Of a DNA stretch of 64,000 bases, positions 1 to 12,574 are shown piece by piece. Under the pieces are notes generated by a model. It worked only from the letters and a program-made list of their open reading frames with translations. It made no database searches and was not told where the DNA came from. A program made the position numbers and the translations under genes. The DNA lies in NCBI RefSeq assembly GCF_001194135.2, contig NC_069005.1, forward strand, positions 34,849,091 through 34,913,090, given 5' to 3'. The stretch comes from Octopus bimaculoides (Eukaryota). Each line of letters opens with the position of its first letter. Position 1 is the first letter of the stretch.

Positions 1-334
1 TACAGCCACCCCTCCACACACAAGCGCGCACACCATCACCGCTACCACCGCCTCCACCAATATATCACATCACACCATATTTACAATGCATCTCCACGAC
101 CACCACCTCTACTACTACTAACCTATTTTCTCAGATCACACCAACAATTAAACAGGGAACGCCATTTTATGGTTGACCTTCAGAAAGGTGTCACTTCCGG
201 TTGAAGTGGAAAGGTGTCAATTTTAATTAAACATGAAAGATGTGACATCCGTTGGCAACATTTTACATCAACCAATTACGTTTAATAACAACTTCATCTT
301 TTCATTTTATCTCATTTTGTTTTATTTCATTTCA

Positions 335-390
335 TTTTACTCTTTTACAAGTTTCAACCAGTGGACTGCGGCCATACTGGGGCACCGCCA
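335..390 (-). mobile_element. SINE/LINE-type 3' tail fragment (family B tail)
   Basis: Reverse complement reads TGGCGGTGCCCCAGTATGGCCGCAGTCCACTGGTTGAAACTTGTAAAAGAGTAAAA. The same tail occurs at 20080-20130, 46980-47032 and 58438-58495. Confidence 0.65.
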
Positions 391-779
391 TTTTTTTTTT
401 CCGTTCCAAACATCTTATCCGTGTTCTAATACTTTTCGGGTTTAATCCATCTAATTTCTCTTTGCGGAACCGATCATTTAATCAATATATCTTTGGACGA
501 TTCAACAAGATATTTTCTACAGGGGTGGTCATTTAATTTAATGCATGAGACAGATAAATCTTTAAAACGTTGGCCATCAAACTTGCCGAACGGTATAGGA
601 TGAATATATTTCAGGTAAAAGATGTTAGCCACCAACTGGCCGTGATAGAGGTCAGTGGTGTTGAACAGTGGCTGAGATCCTTTTCCCACTGGACATCTGT
701 GTCGGTTGTTGAGTAACTTTATTCACTAGGGTGCGTGCCCCGGGGATGAGGGAATCTCTCCAGGTCGAACCACTATTTC

Positions 780-985
780 TTCACATTAAGGATCACAGCA
801 GATGTAGGATAAGAATTAGACTGGAAAGAATCGCTGACGGATTCTTCAAGCTGAGCCACTCAGTAGAAGACGTAGAGACAGAGCAAGAATGAGATGGTTG
901 GATAATATCCATGGATTTCAGTTGCTGGCGCTTGGGAATTCAGCCGGAGAGTGTAACTACGGTTGGTTCTGACCGGATCCTATGG
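780..985 (+). mobile_element. RTE-clade LINE, decayed 3' end of ORF
   Basis: 862-909 translates to SRRRRDRARMRWLDNI, matching the RTE/BovB-type C-terminal motif GRRRRGRQRMRWLDGI. Flanks are frameshifted. Confidence 0.6.
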
Positions 986-3153
986 AAGAGGGGTTTGAAG
1001 AACCTACACCCACCACCCTCTCAGGAATAATGGGCGGCGGAGATGGATAAGTGTTTTATTGAACAGTTCTAATATACTAGTGTTTCCCAAATCCATCCAT
1101 CCACACACACATAGATGGCTAGATAGATACATACATACACTCACACATACATACATAGATGTGTATATATGCGTGTGTGTATCTGTGTGCGTGTGTATTG
1201 ACACATACGTGTGTATGTGTGTATTCATTCATTTAAAATATCGGTTTACCAGTTAAATGCTTTACAAATAATGTGTGTGTGTGCAATAAATTATGTATTG
1301 GATGTCGTTCCATAGTTTTGTCATGTTCCATACATAAACGCTAACAGAGGAGTAAGTAAAAAAAGAGATTGGTTAAGTGAGGTGTATTTATTTAAGGAAA
1401 CACTCGAAGGATTAACGTCACCGGTCAATAACACATTAAGACTGAACAGCACACACACACACACACACACACTATAACCCCCCCCACACACACACACACA
1501 CACACACGTCCACACACTGGCATATCACTGTAATAGTTTCTCAAGTGGATCCAGTTATCCAGTTATAATNNNNNNNNNNNNNNNNNNNNNNNNNNNNNNN
1601 NNNNNNNNNNNNNNNNNNNNNNNNNNNNNNNNNNNNNNNNNNNNNNNNNNNNNNNNNNNNNNNNNNNNNNNNNNNNNNNNNNNNNNNNNNNNNNNNNNNN
1701 NNNNNNNNNNNNNNNNNNNNNNNNNNNNNNNNNNNNNNNNNNNNNNNNNNNNNNNNNNNNNNNNNNNNNNNNNNNNNNNNNNNNNNNNNNNNNNNNNNNN
1801 NNNNNNNNNNNNNNNNNNNNNNNNNNNNNNNNNNNNNNNNNNNNNNNNNNNNNNNNNNNNNNNNNNNNNNNNNNNNNNNNNNNNNNNNNNNNNNNNNNNN
1901 NNNNNNNNNNNNNNNNNNNNNNNNNNNNNNNNNNNNNNNNNNNNNNNNNNNNNNNNNNNNNNNNNNNNNNNNNNNNNNNNNNNNNNNNNNNNNNNNNNNN
2001 NNNNNNNNNNNNNNNNNNNNNNNNNNNNNNNNNNGTGGGTGGGGGGAAGACAAAGTGAGAAGACACACCATTGCCTAGCTTAGGATTTCTGTGAATATTG
2101 TGTGTGTGTGTGTGACAACACCATCTCAGAAAAGGGGTTAGCTACTTCACTGAGAGTACCAATGTGGTTTTGGACTGAATCACTTGGACATGAAGGTGAT
2201 ATTTACGACACTGATTCCCAAGCCGTTTGTCCAGCATGTTTTTGTCATGGAACATCGATGTCTGACCAACTTTTCAATTTGTTGTTACTGTTTGTATGCG
2301 CATGTGTGTGTGGAAGGGTTGTTTATCTTAAGAGATGCCACATGAAACGTGTGGCAGTCATTGTAAAGAGAGTAGAGTTAATAAGTGATCATTTAGCTGC
2401 TGGAGTGGCCGTGGGGCGAGAGGTCACAATGCTACAGTTATTCCCTTATTGGTTTGTCGGAAATCCTTGTCTATAGCAATTATGTTTAGTGGTGACATTG
2501 ATAAAATTACGAAGTCAACGTTAAGGACTCCAAGTTTGGATCACGCGATCCTCTTTTTAAAAAACAGAGTCAATTTTACAGCAAACCAACTGGGACGTTA
2601 CATTAAGAAACATGTCTTCGTGGATGTGTCGCCTTTCAGAACATCATTTCTTTTCCTCTTCCTCCCTTTCTTTACAAAGGGCTTCAATAAGAGTTAGTTC
2701 AATGAATTCAGGGCCCTTAATGCAAAGAACCCTCCAGTTACTCTGGTCATCCACCGAATCTATAAAGAAAGACACAGATTTGCTGTGTGTGTGTGTATGC
2801 ATCTGTGTGTGGGTGTGTGCATGTCTGTCTTACATTTGAGGCTGTAAAAATATATGCGTCTGTTGCACGATTGAATTACGTGGTATGAATGCCGGGCCGT
2901 TTGTGCATATGTACGGGTACAGAACATGTATACATTGTTACGCGTATGTGTCGGCGTGTGCGCGTGTGTGTGATAAATTTCAGCTGGTAAAATTTTGGGG
3001 AATTTCCACAAACGTTGCCCTTTCACCTCTCCTCGTCTGTTGACTGATTCAAATTGAGGCCAATTAATGTGCACAGTTATAACACAGACGCCGCGCTGCA
3101 TCGCTTATAACACCACACACATTTAATCAAACAGACATATATACTTACAAATA

Positions 3154-3219
<66 letters not shown>

Positions 3220-3510
3220 TGCACACATGGATACATATAATTATATAGACCCAAAGGATAAGAAATGAGCGTTTATATGTGCGCATAAGGTACATATACA
3301 TCTATAAACGCACAAAGATATATGCATACTTACATATATACATATAAATATACATTACACGTACACACATATTTATATACATACACACATACACACACAC
3401 ACACACACAAATTGCATATATAAAGTGTATATATTGTATATATGTATCTGTCTGAGTGCGTGTTTCTGCATGTGTATATATATATGTATATATATATATG
3501 TATATATATA

Positions 3511-3559
<49 letters not shown>

Positions 3560-3754
3560 GGTACACACTTGTATAAACACACTAAATAACTTACTATATA
3601 CAGGCACTTATTGACCCCATTATATTCCCATCTCGATGTCCTTTCCTGTTCAATACATATTGCACTGTACATGCCATACTGGAGCACTTCTTCCGGCATC
3701 GACTCTTGTTTTTTTTTTAGATGTCCCTGTTTTATGTCCCGGTCTACTATTTCG

Positions 3755-3990
3755 TTGTGGTTATGTTTAGTGAGGTCGTAGGATCGATTCCCAGATCGGG
3801 CGGTACATTGTTATCTCGATCACCCTCCCCATTTTACATCGTTTCACTCCACTCAGCTGGAAATATTCACCAGTAATACCCGAGGGTCTTTCGTTCAGGC
3901 GTGGCTGTCAGTTTTGTAATCTCGGTCACATAGACGCCGCAGAAACTGGGATAAGCTCCTGCCTAATGAGGCTATGGGCTCCTGACAGAC
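3755..3990 (+). mobile_element. Decayed tRNA-derived SINE-like element
   Basis: B-box-like GGATCGATTCCC after an A-box-like GTGGTTA, followed by a body with CACTCCACTCAGCTGG and an AAACTGGGATAAGCTCC tail-like segment. Family assignment is from memory only. Confidence 0.4.
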
Positions 3991-4339
3991 ATAAGATCCA
4001 CGGCTAAAACGTTTAAGGCTCCCTAATTATTTGGTCAGTGACGTGAAGGTTGGCCCACGATCGTTATAACGTTTGGCAGATGTTTGTTCGAGGCACAGGA
4101 ATGAAGTACATGAAATACTAGGACACAGGAAGTACAAATAGACAACCTTTCAAAAGACGCCGACGAAATTTTGATTACATCTTTCGGCCTTTTTAGAAGA
4201 CAATTACATAATTACGGATCGTTAAATACTTCAATTTACAGTCTTCTTAATGTGAGGTGGCGAACGAGCGAGTGAAGGAATCTGGTAATATCTTCCCTTC
4301 CTCTCTATTATCTCTAAATGCTTAATTCTACTCTTATAT

Positions 4340-4392
4340 GGAGGCGCAATGGCCCAGTGATTAGGACGGTGGACTCGCGGTCAGAGGATCTA
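4340..4392 (+). mobile_element. tRNA-like SINE head, truncated
   Basis: GGAGGCGCAATGGCCCAGTGATTAGGACGGTGGACTCGCGGTCAGAGGATC has a Pol III A-box-like TGGCCCAGTG and is similar to the head at 10760-10853. No acceptor stem or complete cloverleaf. Confidence 0.55.
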
Positions 4393-4989
4393 AATATACA
4401 CATGTGGATGTTTATGTAGAAACATGAATACGTTTGTTGGTTTTTGGTTTAAGTTGTTTACAAACCCTCTGGCCACTAACACTGCTCCCTCCACCTCCAA
4501 GCATATCTAATACAAATCAATTACCCTCCCCTTCTTTGTCATTATTAGTCACTCCCTCTCCTAATCAGACCATCTCGTCTCATGGTTTCTTTATCTTTCT
4601 ATATTTCTCTTCGCCCTCCACCACCTGTTTCCACACCCTCATCAGCACCGCCAACCACCCCTTCAGCTCACCCTCATAACCATCCCATTCACATACAACA
4701 ACCATTACATCACCATTTACAAGGCATCACCACCACCACCACCAACAACAACAACAAAAACAGCAAAGGCAGCAACAAAGGGATGAGACAAAGGCCAAGA
4801 GAAGAATTTGACAGTCAACAGTTTGACCGATCAAATATTTATGAAATGTGTGTGTACGTACGTCGTAATCACACAGATACACATACACGCACACATATAT
4901 ACACACACATACATACATGCTGAGAGTAAAAAAGTTACTGGAGTACCAGTAACAAGCTTTAAAACATCTTTTAATCAAACATTTCAAAT

Positions 4990-5400
4990 ATGAAGAGATT
5001 TTCTTTCTTCGGGACCGCATGGAGAGCATTCTTGTCTTCGTAGCAGAAACTTGGACGATGAAAAAGAAGCTTCAAATTCGCCCGTTTCCTCAAGGGAGCT
5101 GAAAATATTGTATGGTGTGAAAGCAAGACCAACGAGGAGAACAGATTTATGGACATAGCCAACCCATTTCTTTCATTATTGGCAATGAACACAGGTTAGG
5201 TTTTGCTGCCCTCACCTATCGTGCTAGAGAATAGTTCATATTAGTTATGTTTTGGAGCCTACAGTAGGCTAACTGAAGACGAAGAGCCCCTCATTCACAC
5301 AGATACACAACCGAAATGGAAGATCTGCTAAAGTTATGGGGAGAGTAGGAATCTCGAGGAAGGCATTTCAATGGCACCGCTTCAAGAGGGATATATTTCT
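4990..5400 (+). mobile_element. RTE/RTE-X-like LINE remnant (post-RT region)
   Basis: From 5022 it reads ESILVFVAETWTMKKK, compared with the RTE motif ESILLYGxETWTL. A downstream TTTTGGAGCCT...GAAGACGAAGAGCCCCTC segment resembles LWEP..G.RRRGRP. Contains stops and frameshifts. Confidence 0.65.
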
Positions 5401-6161
5401 CCATTTGTCTTCGTCGTAGAAATGATGTTGATGTATTGAGAGGTGAAAGAAGCAACTTAGAAGGAACGATAACCAAAAGACTCGGCGATTTCCGTTCGTA
5501 CTTCTACAGATGGCATCATTGTTTATAGTGGAATGGAGGAGAGATGCAAAACATGGATCTCCTGGATCTGCTTGGATCAGATATTCCAAATTTGATGACG
5601 CAAAACCGAAATGAAAACGTGTACCCCGCACCCCCACCACAAACACCAACCCACTTTCCCGATCATCTTCCTTAGACGGCGCTGTACAGACACTATACGT
5701 TGAAGTATTGTTTATCAAACTCCCTCATTTGAAAATCATATCTTGGAAAAGTTAGATACAGTTTCAAATCTCATGCAAGCTAAGAAGTAATTTATTTCTT
5801 TGTTTCGCATTGAAATTTATTTAAAATTTAAAATTATAAATCAGATTTTTCATTCAGATTAGGTTTGAATTATTTATATGCATACATTAATACATGTATG
5901 TATGTATGTATGCATGCATGCATGTATGTATGTATGTATGTTTGTGTGTATGTATGTTTGTGTGTATGTATGTATGTATGTATGTACATCTGCTTTCAAA
6001 TGACCTCGATCAGTCGATCAATTCTGCAAGTCTTTGACAAAAAAGATGTGTTCTAATTTTTAAAGTGCAGTGGCAAATGTAGTACTTGGTTGGTTCTTTT
6101 TGATCCTTACATAATAATAATAATAATGTCGAGCAGAATTCCCTTGATCAGGCATGCTTGG

Positions 6162-6198
<37 letters not shown>

Positions 6199-7649
6199 GT
6201 GTCTACGTCTCTTTAAGCAGGTCCACTCCCGAGCTCTCCGCCTTCGTATTCACTGACGTAACGTCTTAATCGGATACAAACTAAAACCTAATTCATTGGA
6301 TGGGTTAACACTGGATTAATTAACTCGAACCTGTAGCATGACTATATATATATGTGCACACACACAATTGCGTGTGTGAGTATATATGTATCTATATCTA
6401 TGCACACACGCGTGCGCACGCATGTCAGGATATTGGCCAGCTTATTCAAGTAAACAGTTAAGACGAAACACGTGTGTGAAAGAGAACAAATGATAGGTCA
6501 GTGCTTGGTTTTTAGCGTCGTCTCAGGGAATCACAGAAAACGGAGTGGAATTCGACAGGAAATATTCTCTGACGAATTCTGATGTCAACGAAACTAGATG
6601 AGTTATGTTTTTGTCGTTATTTAATAAATATATACACCCTATTTATGTATTGAGTTCTTTGACTTAAAATATCTATCTATCTTTCTATCCTCTGTCAGTT
6701 CATCCGTCCATCTATCTTATCTACACACACACACACACACACAATTTGCAGAGGTAACCGGCGTTATCATGACGTCGAATATGTGACTTATTACAAGTTT
6801 CTTTTTTTTGTATTTAATTATGTTTGTACTTATGGTTTTTTTTTTATTGCCATATAATACAGTTGGATGTTGAATGTTTTCCACGGTTTCCCGATGTCAG
6901 AAGCTTTTAAGAATGTGTCTCTTTGATAATTTAAATTCTGTGACTTCCGAACATAATTTGTTTTACTTTATACATTTTCTTCTAATTCTAAATTGATGAA
7001 CGACACAAAACAGAACTGTGACTTATTTAGCAAGAGGAGTGGGGTGGTGGCGGTTCAAGTTGTGTGGTTTGGTGGTCAGATTAAAAGATGCCTGTTTTCC
7101 CATCACCCGAGAAGACAACATAGAGCGAACTATGAGAGGAACTTGGTCCGGTTAATTCAATTCTAGGAACCCCGACGGACTGTCTTTGGGATTGGTTGAT
7201 GATCAATGAAAAAGACAATGACACTGGGTACTATAAACGTTTTCGAAATGAAATAGCAAATCTGATTGGATGAAAGTGTGTGTGTGTGTGTGTGTGGAAT
7301 AAATACTATCTTGTCCTTTGGCAAAGCCAATCTTTATCGGTGCTTCGATTACATATTTCAGAGTATATAAATATATCTAAGGGCATATATAATTTACAGT
7401 ATTTAAAGATATAAAAGAAAATAGTTATTTGGTAATAAATGGTGTTAAAACAAAAGCTACGAAGCAACCTTGAAGTCGAGTGTTGCACCGAAAATAGTTC
7501 GAGGGTGTGAAAAATAAATAATGCACTTCATCAATTAATTAGAAAAATGTATAATAAATAAACGATAATTAGTTAATGGATGATTATACAGACTCGCTGA
7601 TGTAGAATACAATTTATTTAGTGAATGCATAATCAATAACATATATATA

Positions 7650-7698
<49 letters not shown>

Positions 7699-8380
7699 GT
7701 GTGTGTGTGTGANNNNNNNNNNNNNNNNNNNNNNNNNNNNNNNNNNNNNNNNNNNNNNNNNNNNNNNNNNNNNNNNNNNNNNNNNNNNNNNNNNNNNNNN
7801 NNNNNNNNNNNNNNGATAAACTGGTATAAAATGTACAATATATGTGTGTGTGTGTACATACTAAGCATAATACATGAATAAGTAAATACAGATATGCAAA
7901 TATATTCACATGTGTATACATGCAAATCAGTACACGCATACAACTGCACACACACACACACACACACACACATAAAAATGCACAGATGAAAATAAACACA
8001 AGCATATAAACATGCACACACACGGCGTTGAATTGCGTGGACCAAATCACAGAAGAGTCCTCAATACATGTTATACAGTAGATAATGAATTTACATTTCA
8101 GGACTCGTGTTTTACGCCACTACAATCTTCACCTGAGGACGGTTCCAACTAGCAACTGTCCTCGTCTAAGGATGGGAGCGGCGTGAAGCTCGTGTTACGA
8201 GAGAAAAATTCAGTTTCCATATATATATNNNNNNNNNNNNNNNNNNNNNNNNNNNNNNNNNNNNNNNNNNNNNNNNNNNNNNNNNNNNNNNNNNNNNNNN
8301 NNNNNNNNNNNNNNNNNNNNNNNNNNNNNNNNNNNNNNNNNNNNNNNNNNNNNNNNNNNNNNNNNNNNNNNNNNNNNNNN

Positions 8381-8423
<43 letters not shown>

Positions 8424-8454
8424 GTATGTATATATGTACGTACGTGTGTGTGTA

Positions 8455-8720
8455 TTACAGGCTCTCGTGTAGCTGCACAGCCCATCCTTTTGGCGCCTCC
8501 TTTACTCCCTATATTCTCTGACTCTATCACGATGATTTCTCTCCCTCTATCATACAAAAGCTGATCTGGCATGTGGTTCACTCCTGGTAGGTTTCTGTCA
8601 TTGAGAATGTGCCCAGCCTCTTCCAATTCCATTCAAATTCTTTGTTGTTGTCCAAAATGTTGGTGTCTCGATTGAGTTTCGTTTCAAAATCCTTTGCAAC
8701 ACTCAATCCATCTTTCGACA
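8455..8720 (-). mobile_element. Possible RLE-type non-LTR retrotransposon remnant
   Basis: Minus-strand peptides NILDNNKEFEWNW and GVNHMPDQLLYDRGREIIVIE resemble the restriction-like endonuclease motif (VLEN..KILWD...H.xPD(I/L)VVxD....xIIE). Very degenerate. Confidence 0.4.
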
Positions 8721-8829
8721 ATAGCAGCCTCGCCTGTGAAGATAAAAACCTTTTTGCCCTCAACAACAGTCGCGATTGGTCGTTTTTTCTTATTTGTTAG
8801 CTCTTTTTTGGTCCTAAAACGTGACCTGT

Positions 8830-9270
8830 ACCTAATAGTTATATTCGTTACCAAACCAGATCAACTTCGTCCTCGCATCCCAAATATTCGGAGCCTGTAG
8901 ACCAGGACTCTCCCTGGGGTTGATATGGACTAGAATCACGACATAGCATAACTCAATGCTCAAACCGATCAAGTTCAAACCGATGAAGCTCTTTAAGTTA
9001 AGAACTCCACGTATAAGATTCGATGTGGACAAATTGAAAGAGCCAGGCTAGTCTTTTAAATCGACGTGAGCGGCAGGTTTGTTGCTCTCACCTTACTACA
9101 AGCATATATCTTAACTCTCATTAATGAGCTATCGAAGGACTGACGAAAAGAAAGGGAGAATTCATAGGATATTGATGTTATCCTGAGCCTATGTGATTGA
9201 AGACGAGACCTAAAGAAGCTCAAGATATCAAATCTTAAAGCAACTGAGTAATGCAACGATGTGACTGAGA
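8830..9270 (+). mobile_element. RTE-clade LINE remnant (end of APE endonuclease plus linker)
   Basis: Peptides NQINFVL, TRTLPGVDMD*NHD, RTPRIRFDVDKLKEP and VF*IDVSGRFVAL match the NQIDFIL / R.FPGAD..SDH / RFDxxKL / xGRFxAL pattern of RTE ORFs. Contains frameshifts and stops. Confidence 0.7.
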
Positions 9271-10657
9271 AAAAAAATCATGGAGTAAATGAAGAAAGTC
9301 AAAAAGTGGAATAATAGATCTGTTTGATAAGAGTGAGTCTGAGATAAAGAATGAAAATTAACGATGTTAATTTTGAAAACACTAAAAATGTTAAGAAGAA
9401 CGAAGCTACCGACTGGAGAGATCTGCTGACAGTAAATAACTGCTTTGTCTTAATCTGTCGTCTGCTGCATTTCAATACGACCGACAAATCAAGATGTCTT
9501 GTATATGTTGTTGATGTCATGCTTACAAGTTGCAAAAAGAGCTTATCTACTGATAGTGCCATTTATGGAACATTTTGGCGTAAATAAAATAGAAACCGAA
9601 GCCAGACGGTTTACTCAGCCCTCTCAGGATGGAAATAAAGTCAAGTGAGTATAGTTTGTCCACGAAAAGGTAGTTAAAAATGGCTGCAACACATGAAATT
9701 ACTTAAGTAGGCGGACAAAGGTTAGGTTAAGTTGATATTTAACCCGTTAAACGCGAGGCGAAATCCATGTTTAATAGAGTTTCAGAGGAACCGATATGGT
9801 GGAAAATATCATTGAAATTTTCATCAGGCGACCAATTTAAGATGGCGGAAAGAAAGTAAGTTAAATATGGGAGAAATCTTAATCAAATGTGTCAGACATG
9901 ATTGAATAAATAAGGTGTAAAGAGGTCAGTTATATGTGGGGGGACAAAGGTGTGTTGGTGACTGTGAACATAATAGAGTTAAATGGGGTAGAGTAAAATT
10001 ATCTAAAGATGGAGGTGTTAAATAGTCCAAGAAAAAAAGGTCAGTTGTATGTAATATAAAGCCGTGTTAAATATGGCCAGTGACGAGAGAGGAGTTAAAG
10101 ATGGAAGAGATATCAGATTTAAGTAGATTAGAGAAAAGGTCAGTGATTAAACAAGATTTCTGGGAGGATATTATTATATTAGAGACTTGAACTGATTTAT
10201 AAAGGTTGAGTTGACAGTTTTTCAGGAAGAAAGGGAAGTAATGGGTGTCATCAACACAGTTTGGAATGAAGTTTAAATATCGCACGCACACACACGCACA
10301 CAAGATGTAGGTAACCTTACAACTCCCCGAGTAACACATATACATATATACGTACATATGTGTGTGTGTGTGTATATATATCATACACACACATATCCAC
10401 ATATAGACACTCACACAACACACGTATATAAACACATATGTATGTAGATTTGATGGTTAAAACGGAATAGAACGCAACGCATAAAGTAGAGGAAATATAA
10501 TTCTTTCTTTATTAATTGTGGAGTTACATAAGTGATGCGGAGGTTTAGTTTCGTGTCAGGAATTGCCTTGCGTAAAAATTCAGACCCTTGTAGCACTCAT
10601 GTAGCTTTTACAGCTACTAACAAACGCGCGCGCGCACGCACGCACGCACGCACGCAC

Positions 10658-10759
10658 GCGAGCTGGCAGAAACGTTAGCACACCGGGCGAAATGCTTAAC
10701 GGTATTTCGTCTGTCTTTACGTTCTGAGTTCAAATTCCGCCGAGGTCGACTTTGCTTTC
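10658..10759 (+). mobile_element. SINE family A, 5' half
   Basis: GCGAGCTGGCAGAAACGTTAGCACACCGGGCGAAATGC...GTTCTGAGTTCAAATTCCGCCGAGGTCGACTTTGC is a close match to the copy at 12335-12574. Confidence 0.8.
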
Positions 10760-10853
10760 TATTTTGCTCAAGAACACAACGCACTGCTGGGTGTCGATCT
10801 CACGACCTTACGATCGTGAGCCGAATATGCTAACCACTAAGCCACGCGCCTTC
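10760..10853 (-). mobile_element. tRNA-like SINE head
   Basis: Reverse complement is GAAGGCGCGTGGCTTAGTGGTTAGCATATTCGGCTCACGATCGTAAGGTCGTGAGATCGACACCC..., with A-box TGGCTTAGTGG and B-box-like GAGATCGACACC. Confidence 0.7.
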
Positions 10854-12334
10854 GCAATTATATATATATATGTGTGCCAGACTATATACACGCCTGTATG
10901 TGCCTATATATCCTACCGACTATATATACGTTTGTGTGTGTGTGTGTGTGTGTGTGTATACACTCGTAACTACCTGAAACAGGAAGTGTCTAACAAGCGT
11001 CTCGATATAGAAACATCTAATTAATACCCCTACCCCATTAAAGTCTGGGAAGAGGGCCTAAATAGCATAGCCCTACCTTGGCGGGTGGTGGGAAGAAGGA
11101 AAGGGTATAATTACAGACCCAAAGGGGTCTTGGGGTCAGTTAGGTGACAGCTATTGTACACAACCGTTACATAAATAGGTGACCCCTATTACATGAAGCA
11201 AGGGTTAGCATAATTACAGATGGAGAAAGGAGAAGGGGTCGCTTAGGTGAGATTTAAGGAGTTTATTTTAGGTACTGTCGGACAGATATTACATAAGAGA
11301 CCCCCAACCACACACAGTAAGGGTTACCATGACTACAATTGTATAAAGGTGTAGGGATGAGTTATATAAGGGGTATATTTAGGTACATAAGGAGTATATA
11401 TATATTCAGATGTACAGAAGTGGGGTGGGGTTACTCTCTTAGCCTTTTCCAAATACTCAATAAATTTCCCCGCAAGACAGCAGAGATTTATTATTCTTAT
11501 TACTCTCGGGGTCTGCCTGGTTTTGTGCAGGGCCAGTCCCACTCTCTCATCCTTCAGTCAACGAGTATGCATCATCTACGGCACCAATCAGCCAGTACTC
11601 GTTTGAGAGTATATCTGCAGCATATCTATTTGGAACCGTCAAGAGTATCGGTGACAAAGAGTATAAACCGGTCGCGATCTGTTATTGAGGAGCAGTGAAC
11701 GGCATGAGTATACATTGAGGGGAGCTGGGAGTACTGTGTAGCGTCAAGGCGATTCAACCGAGTATCTCTGACAGTGATTCACGTCGATGAGTAGCATCAT
11801 CATCATCGTCACAAGCCAAGGTAGAGAGTAATGAGAATAGAGAGGCTGTAAAGAGACGTGTTACCACCAGGATGTGGGAGCGGGAGGAGGATTGGTAATT
11901 GTTACGATGATGGTAGTATGTGTGGTGGTGGTGGTAGTGAGGGGGGGGGGTAGTGGTGAGGTTTGTTACTTAAATAACTCAGAATGTTAAGTAGCTTAGT
12001 AGCAGTAGTAGTAGCAGCAGGAGTGTATGGTGGTAGTAGTGCTATTGTTAGTGGTTGCAGTCGTAGTAGTAGTGTTAGCAGTATCTGAGTACTCTTGTAA
12101 TCTATTAAGAGAAGGCGGGGCAGCGCCCATCTCTCTTAATACTGATCTAATTCCGATGTAGGTGAAACTTCCGTCGACCAACATCTCAAAGAACAACTTG
12201 AGGGTTACCTCTGTTAAGAAGGGCATTAGGGGCAGCCCTGATCCCCCACGTTTATAATTAAAGGATTTCCAACCGTGACCATACCGTTTTGCTTTCATGA
12301 ATCGTGCATCTAAGAGTACACTATTCAATGTGTT

Positions 12335-12574
12335 GGCGGCGAGCTGGCAGAATCGGTAGCGCGCCGGGCGAAATGCTTTGCGGTATTTCGTCTGCCGCTA
12401 CGTTCTGAGTTCAAATTCCGCCGAGGTCGACTTTGCCTTTCATCCTTTCAAGGTCGATAAATTAAGTACCAGTTACGCATTGGGGTCGATGTAATCGACT
12501 TAATCCCTTTGTCTGTCCTTGTCTGTCGCTTCTGTGTGTGTAGCCCCCTGGTGGGCAGTGAAGAAATGATTATT
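12335..12574 (+). mobile_element. SINE family A, near full length
   Basis: Has an A-box-like GAGCTGGCAG, a B-box-like GAGTTCAAATTCC, a body GTCGACTTTGCCTTTCATCCTTT...GGGGTCGATGTAATCGAC and a short ATT tail. At least 6 other copies occur in this window. Confidence 0.85.

Noticed and set aside
5510-5670. Acceptor-like CTTCTACAG followed by short ORFs (e.g. MDLLDLLGSDIPNLM...)
   Set aside because: All frames close quickly, there is no donor or recognisable homology, and it adjoins an RTE remnant.
9850-10260. Minus-strand LKSDISSIFNSSLVTGHI resembling the LINE RT motif IFNxSLxTG
   Set aside because: A single short motif with no other RT motif recoverable, too weak to list as a feature.
11996-12328. 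110-aa ORF containing RGGSGLP
   Set aside because: It overlaps a family C repeat copy and a trinucleotide repeat, with no supporting RT motifs.
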